A stretch of 49,733 nt of DNA from Macrostomum lignano (Eukaryota), in the NCBI GenBank assembly GCA_002269645.1, contig NIVC01004338.1, positions 1-49,733 of the forward strand. The letters run 5' to 3'. The notes under the pieces are model-generated. The model was not told the DNA's origin. It did not search any database and worked only from the letters and a program-made list of their open reading frames with translations. Every line of letters starts with the position of its first letter. Position 1 is the stretch's first letter. This document shows positions 22,905 to 33,682 of the stretch, one piece after another. A program made the position numbers and the translations under genes.

Positions 22905-23460
22905 CCAACCTCTGCAATCTCTTACCCTCAACCCCCACAGCCCCGACACCAACCCCTCCACTCTCTTACCATCAACCCCCACAGCCCCGACTCCCACCCC
23001 TCCACTCTCTTACCCTCAACCCCCACAGCCCTAACACCAACCCCTCCACTCTCTTACCCTCAACCCCCACAGCCCTAACACCAACCCCTCCACTCTCTTA
23101 CCCTCAACACCCACAGCCCCGACACCCACCCCTCCACTCTCTTACCCTCAACCCCCACAGCCTTAACACCCACCCCTCCACTCTCTTACCCTCAACCCCC
23201 ACAGCCTTAACACCCACCCCTCCACTCTCTTACCCTCAACACCCACAGCCCCGACACCCACCCCTCCACTCTCTTACCCTCAACCCCCACAGCCTTAACA
23301 CCAACCCCTCCACTCTCTTACCCTCAACACCCACAGCCCCGACACCCACCCCTCCACTCTCTTACCCTCAACCCCCACAGCCCCGACACCAACCCCTCCA
23401 CTCTCTTACCCTCAACCCCCACAGCCCCGACACCCACCCCTCCACTCTCTTATTCTTATC
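22905..23460. repeat. Intronic 44-bp C-rich minisatellite (CCCCTCCACTCTCTTACCCTCAACCCCCACAGCCYYRACACCMA)
   Basis: Period 44 (CCCCTC at 23041 and 23085); about 12 copies. Confidence 0.9.
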
Positions 23461-23485
23461 ACCCCAGACTTAAAATCCAACTCAC

Positions 23486-23577
23486 CGCAGCAGGCCTCGC
23501 CGGTTCCCGACTCTTTGGAGCAAAAATATCATCTTCACTTTCGTCATCGTCGTCGTCCCACAGAGACGCTTTGTGAC
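23486..23577 (-). CDS. WASHC2: WASHC2 exon E5 (92 nt)
   Basis: CTTCAG|GT acceptor, GCG|GTGAGT donor; encodes HKASLWDDDDDESEDDIFAPK. Confidence 0.8.
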
Positions 23578-23894
23578 CTGAAGTACACAATGTACTTTTA
23601 ACTACAGTGTACGAAACATACAGAATAAAATTACCATTAAGTTAACCTGCTTTTTCGACTGTATAAACAGCGATCTTAGCACCACACATATCAAGTTTCG
23701 GTTACAGTAGCGAACACCTTTTTGTGTGAGTAAATTATTAACTACAGATTCTTTGCATTTTCTGGCTAGTTAATAGGCAGGGGGTTGTGTGCACCCTGGC
23801 GCACTTTAAGCGACATTGTCGCACAACCGGCGAGAGGCATTGCTGCCCATTCCGCCGATTCCCCTGAGCAGGCACGCAAGCGCGCGGATACGTA

Positions 23895-24000
23895 CGCAGT
23901 CATACGCACAGGCACACACTCACACAGGAGTGTACAGCGGCCCTGAATTTATTTATCGTTAGGCATGTACACTTCACTGTGCCTTGGGGTTGGCCCTCAA
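23895..24000. mobile_element. Copy 1 of a short dispersed repeat family (core CACACTCACACAGGNGTGTACAGNGGCCCTGA...TTGGCCC)
   Basis: Related sequence at ~43350-43455 and ~44503-44575; class undetermined. Confidence 0.45.
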
Positions 24001-24127
24001 GCTGGGCGTTAATTGCACGAGCAGAGTCAAGACGAGATTCCCATTTAGCCCCAAATTAATGTGACTGCACTTGGAATCGAGCCTGGGCCGCTGGCACATC
24101 AGAGCGCTGCGCTAGACCACTGGTGAT

Positions 24128-24475
24128 TATTAAAGTGCATTGCGCGATTCTAAAATTGCATTTTGTTATTCTTAAAGTGTATTGCGCGATTCTTGAAGTA
24201 CATTGTGAGTTTCTTAAAGTGCATTGCGCAATTCTAAAAGTGCATTTTGTTATTCTCAAAGTGCATTGTGCGATTCTTGAAGTACATTGTGAGTTTCTTA
24301 AAGTGCATTGCGCGATTCTAAAAGTGCATTTTGTTATTCTTAAAGTGCATTGTACGATTCTTGAAGTGCATTGCGCGATTCTAAAAGTGCATTTTGTTAT
24401 TCTCAAAGTGCATTGTGCGATTCTTGAAGTACATCGTGAGATTCTTAAAATGCATTGCGCGATTCTTAAAGTACA
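24128..24475. repeat. Intronic 21-bp minisatellite (AAAGTGCATTGCGCGATTCTT) with 42/84-bp higher-order pattern
   Basis: Variant order recurs every 84 bp, visible as the 28-aa repeat in spurious ORF 24123-24530. Confidence 0.85.
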
Positions 24476-24490
24476 AGCAGCGAATCTCAC

Positions 24491-25157
24491 CTCCAGGCGC
24501 GATGGATCCTTGCAGCAGCTTCTGCACTGAATCCTCCGCAGCCGCAGCCGCCGCCCCCGATGCCCCAGCAGCGGCAGAAGCGGCAGGAGCCTCAGACGAA
24601 GCGGATTTTGTTGCACTTTTCGGCGGCAATTTGCCGCTTAACCGAGCTTTCAACTCGTCAGTAACCGACATTGGTCGGTCGCTGCGACGTTCAGAGTCGT
24701 CTTCTTCTTCTTCCTCATCTTCGTCTTCCTTTTTAACTTCTTCTGCTGCCGCCCCTGCTGCTGCTGCTGCAGCTCCTCGTCGATTTGGAACAAACAAATC
24801 GTCATCTTCATCATCTTCTTCGCTATCATCGTCGCCAAAGAGGCGACGCTGTTGTTGTCGTTGCTTTTGCTGCTGCTGTTGATTTTGTTGCTGCTGCTGT
24901 TGCAGAGTCTGCTTCTGCTTAGGCTTCTTATTATCCCGTCGTAAACTGGTAAGTCTGTCCTCAGACTCTTGAAGATCATCTTCGTCGCTGTCGGATTGCT
25001 GGTGATTTGCTGCTGCGGCTCTGCGATCTTCTTCTGCTGCTTCATTATCTTCTTCTTCCTCGTCATCTTCATCATCTGTCTCAGCTGCCTCAGCGGCGGC
25101 TCCTGACTGACCCGCGGCTGCTGCTCCACCGGTTGCGACGGCGGACCCCGAGTCCAA
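24491..25157 (-). CDS. WASHC2: WASHC2 exon E4 (667 nt)
   Basis: CCTCAG|TTG acceptor (phase 0), GGAG|GTGAGA donor (phase 1). Contains LFGDDDSEEDDEDDDLF and DELKARL, which is FAM21-like. Confidence 0.85.
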
Positions 25158-25186
25158 CTGAGGTGAACAAGGAGTGCGCATCATGT

Positions 25187-26300
25187 TGAAACTACCGGTG
25201 TCAGACAGGTGAAACTACCGGTGTCTGACTGGTGAAACTACTGGTGTCTGACTGGTGAAACTAACGGTGTCTGACTGGTGAAACTAACGGTGTCTGACTG
25301 GTGAAACTAACGGTGTCTGACTGGTGAAACTAACGGTGTCTGACTGGTGAAACTACCGGTGTCAGACAGGTGAAACTACCGGTGTCAGACAGGTGAAACT
25401 ACCGGTGTCAGACAGGTGAAACTACCGGTGTCTGACTGGTGAAACTAACGGTGTCTGACTGGTGAAACTAACGGTGTCTGACTGGTGAAACTAACGGTGT
25501 CTGACTGGTGAAACTAACGGTGTCTGACTGGTGAAACTACCGGTGTCTGACTGGTGAAACTACCGGTGTCAGACAGGTGAAACTACCCGTGTCAGACAGT
25601 GAAACTACCAGTGTCAGACTGGTGAAACTACCGGTTTCTGACTGGTGAAACTACCCGTGTCAGACAGGTAAAACTACCGGTGTCAGACAGGTGAAACTAC
25701 CGGTGTCTGACAGGTGAAACTACCCGTGTCAGACAGGTGAAACTACCCGTGTCAGACAGGTGAAACTACCGGTGTCAGACAGGTGAAACTACCCGTGTCA
25801 GACAGGTGAAACTACCGGTGTCAGACAGGTGAAACTACCGGTGTCAGACAGGTGAAACTACCGGTGTCAGACAGGTGAACTACCCGTGTCAGTTAAGTGA
25901 AACTACTGGTGTCAGACAGGTGAAACTAACGGTGTCAGACAGGTGAAACTACCGGTTTCTGACTGGTGAAACTACTGGTGTCAGACAGGTGAAACTACCC
26001 GTGTCAGACAGGTGAAACTACCGGTTTCTGACTGGTGAAACTACTGGTGTCAGACAGGTGAAACTACCCGTGTCAGACAGGTGAAACTACCCGTGTCAGA
26101 CAGGTGAAACTACCCGTGTCAGACAGGTGAAACTACCCGTGTCAGACAGGTGAAACTACCCGTGTCAGACAGGTGAAACTACCCGTGTCAGACAGGTGAA
26201 ACTACCCGTGTCAGACAGGTGAAACTACCCGTGTCAGACAGGTGAAACTACCCGTGTCAGACAGGTGAAACTACCCGTGTCATACAGGTAAAATTACCAT
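25187..26300. repeat. Intronic 23-bp minisatellite GTGTCAGACAGGTGAAACTACCG (~48 copies)
   Basis: Period 23 read directly; variants TCTGACTGG, CTAACGG and CTACCCG occur in runs. Confidence 0.95.
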
Positions 26301-26395
26301 TGTAATACAGGCAAAACTAAAATTTAAATACTATTGATTTTGAAACTTCCGATTGACAGTTCCTAAAAAACATTCCAGCATTATCGATTCCCCAC

Positions 26396-26806
26396 CTGCA
26401 GTTGCGAAGCCAGTCCAACCCAATCATCTGCCAACCAGGATGAAGAGCCAACCAAATAAGGCAGCCGCCTGTGCTTGTAGATGTCTCTGGCCTGATAAAC
26501 CGGTTCCAGCATTGCCGCCGCCGCCGCCGCCGCGCGATTCCCCACAGCGCTTTGATCCTCTTCATCATCTTCATCTTCGCTGTCGCTAACGTCAGCCAGC
26601 TCTACTCGGTCGTACTTTGTCTCCAAAATTGACAGGCCGAGCTTCATAGCCTCCTGTATCCATGGCACTCGTTCAGCTTCAAGTTGTTCGCGCGATTTTG
26701 GCTTGCCCTCCGAAGCGGCTGCGGAGGCTGAAGCGGACGAACCTTTGGCATTTTCAGCGACATTGGAGGTTGCTCCGGTTGTTGCTAAGTCTTCGTCGTA
26801 GACTCG
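26396..26806 (-). CDS. WASHC2: WASHC2 exon E3 (411 nt; conserved head region)
   Basis: CCGCAG|CGA acceptor. RVYDED...REQLEAERVPWIQEAMKLGLSIL...EPVYQARDIYKHRRLPYLVGSSSWLADDWVGL matches the recalled FAM21 pattern RVYDEE...EPKDLYIDRPLPYLIGS. Donor CAG|GTGGGG. Confidence 0.88.
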
Positions 26807-26835
26807 CTGCGGTTAGAAGAGATAAGAGTAGGTGA

Positions 26836-28465
26836 TTGCTTCCGGTTGCTAGGGATTTTTTTATCAATATCTACTTCCGGTTGCTAAGGAACAGAAATAG
26901 TGTCTACTTCCGGTTGCTGAGGAACAGGAATAGTAGCTACTTTGGTTGCTAAGGAACAGGAATATTATAAAATTCCGGTTGCTAAGAGACAGGAATAGCA
27001 ACTACTTCCGGTTGCTGAGGAACAGGAATAGTATCTACTTCCGGTTGCTAAAGAACAATAGTATCTACTTCTGGTTGCTGAGGAACAGGAATAGTATCTA
27101 CTTCCGGTTGCTAAAGAACAAGAATAGTATCTACTTCCGGTTGCTGAGGAACAGGAATAGTAGCTACTTTGGTTGCTAAGGAACAGGAATATTATAAAAT
27201 TCCGGTTGCTAAGGAACAGGAATAGCAACTACTTCCGGTTGCTGAGGAACAGGAATAGTATCTACTTCCGGTTGCTAAAGAACAAGAATAGTATCTACTT
27301 CCGGTTGCTGAGGAACAGGAATAGTATCTACTTCCGGTTGCTAAAGAACAAGAATAGTATCTACTTCCGGTTGCTGAGGAACAGGAATAGTAGCTACTTT
27401 GGTTGCTAAGGAACAGGAATATTATAAAATTCCGGTTGCTAAGAGACAGGAATAGCAACTACTTCCGGTTGCTGAGGAACAGGAATAGTATCTACTTCCG
27501 GTTGCTAAAGAACAATAGTATCTACTTCTGGTTGCTGAGGAACAGGAATAGTATCTACTTCCGGTTGCTAAAGAACAAGAATAGTATCTACTTCCGGTTG
27601 CTGAGGAACAGGAATAGTAGCTACTTTGGTTGCTAAGGAACAGGAATATTATAAAATTCCGGTTGCTAAGGAACAGGAATAGCAACTACTTCCGGTTGCT
27701 GAGGAACAGGAATAGTATCTACTTCCGGTTGCTAAAGAACAAGAATAGTATCTACTTCCGGTTGCTGAGGAACAGGAATAGTATCTACTTCCGGTTGCTA
27801 AAGAACAAGAATAGTATCTACTTCCGGTTGCTGAGGAACAGGAATAGTAGCTACTTTGGTTGCTAAGGAACAGGAATATTATAAAATTCCGGTTGCTAAG
27901 GAACAGGAATAGCAACTACTTCCGGTTGCTGAGGAACAGGAATAGTATCTACTTCCGGTTGCTAAAGAACAAGAATAGTATCTACTTCCGGTTGCTGAGG
28001 AACAGGAATAGTAGCTACTTTGGTTGCTAATGAACAGGAATATTATAAAATTCCGGTTGCTAAGAAACAGGAATAGCAACTACTTCCGGTTGCTGAGGAA
28101 CAGGAATAGTATCTACTTCCGGTTGCTAAAGAACAAGAATAGTAATCTACTTCCGGTTGCTAAGGAACAGTAATATTATCTACTTCTGGTTGCAAAGGAA
28201 CAAGAACACGAATAATATCTACTTCTAGCTGCAAAGGAACAGGAATAGTATCAACTTCCGGTTGCTAAGGAACAAGAACAGGAATAGTATCTACTCTACT
28301 TCTGGTTGCTAAGGAACTCCTATCTACTTTTGGTTGCTAGGGAACATAGATATTATCTACTTCTAGTTGCTAAAAAACAGGAATAGTATCTACATCTGGT
28401 TGCTAAGGAACTAGTGTCTACTTTTGGTTGCTAGGGAACACAGATAATATCTAATTCCGGTTGCT
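26836..28465. repeat. Intronic 33-bp minisatellite (CTTCCGGTTGCTRAGGAACAGGAATAGTATCTA) organised as a 7-monomer higher-order repeat of 227/230 bp
   Basis: Equivalent positions recur at 26946, 27173, 27403, 27630 and 27860 (spacings 227, 230, 227, 230); degenerate flanks. Confidence 0.92.
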
Positions 28466-28625
28466 AAGGTACAGGGAAAAATCTGCTTTAGGTTGCAGGA
28501 GAAATTCTATTCCTTATTATATCGCTGGCAATTCTGTGAATCCGCATCTGTTTCTGTCTTATGGCGATCTCTATTTTGTGCTCAGTTGTTGTAAAATTGA
28601 AAAAAAATTGAATGATGTCACTCAC

Positions 28626-28790
28626 ATTTTCAACGAAACGTGTATCAGCCAAAGCGTTGAAATCGTTAAAAGTGTTATGCAGCAGAGTGCGAGTAGATCG
28701 GATCTCCTGCACACTGTCCTGTAGAGTCTTTTGAAACTCCGAAGTCTTGGCTAGAAGATTGCGATTGCTCTCTTCGAGGTAGAGTAGCAA
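28626..28790 (-). CDS. WASHC2: WASHC2 exon E2 (165 nt; WASH-complex-binding head domain)
   Basis: CTACAG|TTG acceptor and AAT|GTGAGT donor. LLLYLEESNRNLLAKTSEFQKTLQDSVQEIRSTRTLLHNTFNDFNALADTRFVEN matches the recalled FAM21 LLQFLQEFS...LHNVFNDFLMLSNTQFIEN. Confidence 0.9.
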
Positions 28791-28964
28791 CTGTAGTGTT
28801 AGAGGTGAAATTGTGGAAATATGGAGAAATATATGTAAAAAATAGTTCATAATTTCAATTCAAATATTTGTACATAGTTTGTTGTGTTGTGGGAATCTGT
28901 AATACATATCAGCAGTATTATCTCCTTACAGGTAGGGATAAGGATAAGGAATAAAGTTAAGCAG

Positions 28965-29487
28965 ATGAGGGAGGGCAAGAAGGTAAGCGGGCAAGAGGGG
29001 AAAGAGGGGAAGAGAGGAAAGTGGGGGAAGAGGGGAAAGAGGAGAAAGAGGGGAGAGGGGAAAGAGGGCAAAGAGGGGGGAGAGGGGGAAGAGGGGAAAG
29101 AGGAGAAAGAGGAGAAAGAGGGAAGAGGGGAAGAGGGGGAAAGAGGGGGAAGAGGGGAATGAGTAAAGAGGAGAAAGAGGGGAGAGGGGGAAGAGAGGAA
29201 AGGGGAAGAGGGGAAAGAGGAGAAAGAGGGGAGAGGGGAGAGGGGAGAGGGAAGAGGGGAAAGAGGGGAAAGAGGAGAAAGAGGGGAGAGGGGAGAGGGG
29301 GAAGAGGGGAATGAGTAAAAAGAGGAGAAAGAGGGGAGAGGGGAAGAGGGGAAAGAGGGAAAGAGGGGAATGAGTAAAAAGAGGAGAAAGAGGGGAGAGG
29401 GGAAGAGGGGAAAGAGGGGAAGAGGGGAATGAGTAAAAAGAGGAGAAAGAGGGGAGAGGGGAAAGAGGGGAAAGGGGAAGAGGAAAA
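28965..29487. repeat. ~520-bp near-pure polypurine (GA-rich) tract in WASHC2 intron 1
   Basis: Almost exclusively G/A on the + strand, with recurring GAGGGGAAGAGGGGAATGAGTAAAAAGAGGAGAAA blocks. Confidence 0.92.
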
Positions 29488-29623
29488 GCAGCCTGTAGTT
29501 TGCAGACAAGACAAAAAGAATAAACAGCGATACTTTGATGTAAACAAACGCTAAAAACTCTACAACTCAAAACCCGTGGATGCACACACCGCAAGTTAAT
29601 AAAGAATCAGTTAGTCAGCTCAC

Positions 29624-29732
29624 CCCAGCATCTCCAGCTAGCGACCATTCGTGCGCCCGCTCACGAATTTCATCAAGCGTCCATGGCCGCTCCCACAGTT
29701 TTGGCTGAGCAACTGGTTGATCTGCTTGATTG
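29624..29732 (-). CDS. WASHC2: WASHC2 first recognisable coding exon E1 (5' boundary uncertain, no in-frame ATG)
   Basis: Encodes ...QPKLWERPWTLDEIRERAHEWSLAGDAG, matching the recalled FAM21 [24 protein letters not shown]. Donor GGG|GTGAGC. Confidence 0.85.
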
Positions 29733-31514
29733 CTAGACGAATCCAGCGTGTTGCATGCAATATCAACATATTAACATGACCAACTGACCAAACCAATTAG
29801 CACATTCTAACCTCCTAAACTTTACCTTGCTAGTGCAGAATAGTTTTCTACAAAAAATGCAACATACTTGTATTTATTTCCCTAAGTTTTCCCTAAAACT
29901 TTTTATTATTTTTCCACTTTTCCATGTTTTTTTAATTTTATCATAACAAATTTTTCTTGGAATAAAAAATCTACTGATCAAAATTTTATGCCAGTATATA
30001 CCAAGCCTATTATGACTTCTTATAGCCAATATGATGCCAATAAAAATATTATGTTAACTATACAGTATATGCAACCCTTGAATTTGAAAACCAAATTTAC
30101 AATGGAATCTTTTTTTAAATATTCTATATGATCTTCAATTTGTATACTTGCTTAGTTTATGAATTTTAAAACATCTGTGTCTTGTCTACCATTTTACCTA
30201 GCTAAAATAGTTACATATTATACATATGTATATATATAAGAATTGATATTTGCTATCACTAGGATCACTGCCTTATTGATTATAATATTGGCATATTTAA
30301 TTATTTTTCAATTTTAAATATAAGTTAAATAACTTCAACTATATAAGATAAATAGATAGGCCTAGTGTTTATGATAATGCTTTCATAGATTGAGTCATTA
30401 TATTCAATTCTTGCACAATCAGATCAAAATTGCATCAGTCAACTAAGCTTCCCAACAGATAGATTTCTCTAGGATAGATCATATTTATAGGGATAGTTGG
30501 CCTCCTAGCTATTTAAACCTGATAAGTATCAATTAAATATAAGAATTCTACATATGAAACAAACAACAAAAGATGAACCCTGCAGATTCCTATTATAATT
30601 AGACTATTTGAAAGACTATAGATAGACATTTATCAATAGAAATTTTGGTATAGACATTTGTCCATAGACCAAGATATAATTTGTATATAAAAAACTTTGG
30701 ACAAATTTTGTGGGTGCTGACAAAAACTTGGATACTTGCATAAGCATTTTTAATAAACTTATAAAACTTTAAAGGAAGTGCTGATCCCCATGTTCCCATG
30801 CTGATAATTCCAATTTTATTCACACAGATTCATGTCAATAATTTTCAGCTTATCTCCACGGCAGCTTATTGGAATAAAGAACCTTAAAATGAATTTATTC
30901 AAGGACCCTAGATGTTCTTCTGCATCTAGTATTTATATATAGTTTATTGGCATGCTATATATAGGCTAATATTAATTTTAATTAAAAATCTACTATTGTG
31001 TTTACTGTTTTTCATTTTGAATGTTTGTCATATGTCATCATATCCATCTGACTATACAGTATATATCTAATTGTCTTCATTTTTTTATTCTAAACAAAGT
31101 TGCTTGCAGAAACTGTCATTTTTTATTATTTTACAAATCTTCCAAATAAACAGCTGAATACTGAATAGTTTTGAGTACTTTGTTAAAACTATTGAGTTGT
31201 AAAAAGGGTTAATTTTAAATATTTGCTTAGCTGCTGGCTTTGCTTAGAATGACCAAACCCTTGAAGATTGTCAATACTGATGCACCAATATTAGTACTCA
31301 AAAACTAAACACAAAAAACTACACAATCTTAGCTGTGACTCCTATGAGGATAAGCTGAAAATTATTAACACAGATCTGTGTGAATAGAATTGGGATTATT
31401 GACATGACTTGATTGATAGTAGCTATTTCAATAAGCTGCTATGGAGATGAGCTGAAAATTATTGACATGGATCCTGGATCCATGTGAATAAAATTGGAAT
31501 TATTGGCACTGGAC

Positions 31515-31811
31515 CATACATGCGCAACAGTCGGCCGAGTTGGCTGATCCAGCCAACCGATTTGGTGGCCAACCAAGGAATTTGAAAAAATGCCCACCCG
31601 AAAAATAACAAAGCAGTAGTACTAAGTAGCTGACGAGGCATTTTGGCTAAATAAGACAGTCATAGTTACTCTTGCTGTTTACCTAAAGTTGCATTAATTT
31701 TGCTTTAGGGTTTTTTTACATGTAAGTTGCATTTTTGGCCAAAAACTATGTCGCATTTTTGTTAAAACTAAGTTGCATGGCCGACCGAATTTTGGAGGTT
31801 GCGCATGTATG
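31515..31811. mobile_element. Non-autonomous DNA transposon (MITE), 297 bp, hAT-like
   Basis: 14-bp perfect TIR CATACATGCGCAAC / GTTGCGCATGTATG; identical 8-bp flanks CACTGGAC at 31507-31514 and 31812-31819 (TSD); no coding capacity. Confidence 0.85.
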
Positions 31812-33574
31812 CACTGGACTGTGGGGATAAGCATTTCCAACTTAATAAGATTATATACAATTTGTTCTTTCCTGATTATCAAATAATTTGACTAGGCCTA
31901 GGCCTAGATTTGCCAAATTTTTCCTTGATGAACCTTTACACCTAGACCCTATTGCCAAAAGATAGGCCTAATAAATATAACCATGTCCACTATACTATAG
32001 GCCTATCTATAATCTATGTAATGTATAGTCATAGATGTATAGTCTTCCTTCTATTTAAAAGTGAAGATTTAGACTCCCTTTGAAAAAGAATATCCTACAT
32101 TCCTACTAGTACAGTTATCAACATAAAATAGGCCTATAAAGGCATAGGCCTAGTCCTAATAGCCATAGCTATCATCAGTTAGGCCCTAGGGCCTATCACT
32201 AAAAACACTTCAGTAATATTTGAGCAATTGAGCTATAGGCATAGAACTATGGCCTATTACTTGTAAAATTGTAAATAAACAGCTTGCCATATTTATTAAC
32301 AGGGTAGGCCTACAAAAATACAATGTGTTTTAAGTTAAGCTTTTTATTCAAAAATTATAAATCAACAAATGATTGAATGAGGAACTTAGTTTGTTTTAGG
32401 ACTAGGAGTTAGAAAAAAATAAAATTATAGACAGTTCATGTACTATTTAGGACCCAAGGTCAATCGATGGGGCCTAGGATAAGAAAGGCCTACTTCAAAG
32501 GATGAGAATGAAATTACCAGGCCTAGTATTTTGTAGGTATATGTATGTGTACGTGTACAGGGTACTGCGTACTGCTACTGGTACGAGTACGAGCAAGGAA
32601 AAAATTGAATGAGGCAGAGAGAGGCGGTGGTTCACTTTCGGATGTTTGAAAGACACGAAGGCATAAATTTTCACAAAGCAGTATTACTCCCAAAACTTTC
32701 AGCTTTGCGTGGGATTATACCATAGTGGGGTGGCCAGTGGGCAGTGGAATATTATTATATTTTTATTAACTCGATAAAATTTCATTCTTAGAAATCAATC
32801 TTGACTGAAATGGTGGCATTTTTATAGCCTTGAAAAACAAAATAGGCCTACCCACATACCCATTCAACACAAATGCGCTAAATTTATTCAATAAAGTTTT
32901 ATTTAACCAGTTATACTTTTATCTTTCAAATTATTCAATGCTGTTATAGTAAACTAAGTAATTAATCATTTTCACGCATTCTACGCGCGGGTGATGTGTT
33001 CCCACCGATCTTTTATTAGCCACCAGAGATTTTCATCTACTAAAGTATTTTTAGAATTTACAGAATCAATACGCTGTATTTACAGAGTTTCCGTTACACG
33101 TACATGTACATGTACGGCCAGTCGGCCCGAGAGCAATTCCCTCGGTGCATGCCGCCAGCGGTCTGCTGCTACGCCGACCGCTACTATATACGTCGTACTA
33201 TGCTAGCCGCCTGCGATTTTCCTAGTGGGCTACTACCTGAATTTACATTACATGTAAATGTGTGCAGGTAGTCTTACGGTATGCATTATGATGTAGGCAT
33301 TCAAGTCGTGCCACCCCCCCCACTATTTTTGCGCACGCCCGATTCCCTTCCCTTCACGACGTGATGACTAATTCTTATCGCACCACCTTACTCCCCCGCG
33401 CACTAAACCAACTGTACCTCCTTTCTATTGATCGAAATCATTCATGCGTGTGACACTTTTATGACCCACTATCTCGAAGCTTTTTCCTGCCTGCTGCATG
33501 CTGTAATCCCCCACCATAAATCATTATCCGCTGCGCCCCACAATTTCTCGTCTTATCACAGCGCGGCTGGCGGC

Positions 33575-33682
33575 CGGGTGACGTCATCAGGGTTGCTTGC
33601 ATGGTAACGGCCAGGTCAAGGACAAGTCACGGCGCGGCCTTCAATATCACGCATTACACGTGATCGCGACGTGACGCATATG
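33575..33682. promoter_or_regulatory. Candidate promoter motif cluster: CRE, RFX-like half site, E-box
   Basis: TGACGTCA at 33579-33586; CATGGTAAC just downstream (~33600-33609); CACGTG and GTGACGCA at ~33657-33679. CpG-rich patch ~1 kb upstream of the kinase ATG. Function untested. Confidence 0.4.

Noticed and set aside
23778-23866. CAGGGG...CCCCTG possible hAT MITE
   Set aside because: Only 6-bp inverted ends and no matching target-site duplication.
26946-29594. Repeated ORFs MLRNRNII..., MLFLFL... and Pro/Leu/Ser- or Gly/Glu/Arg-rich ORFs
   Set aside because: Products of the 33-bp higher-order repeat and the purine tract inside WASHC2 introns.
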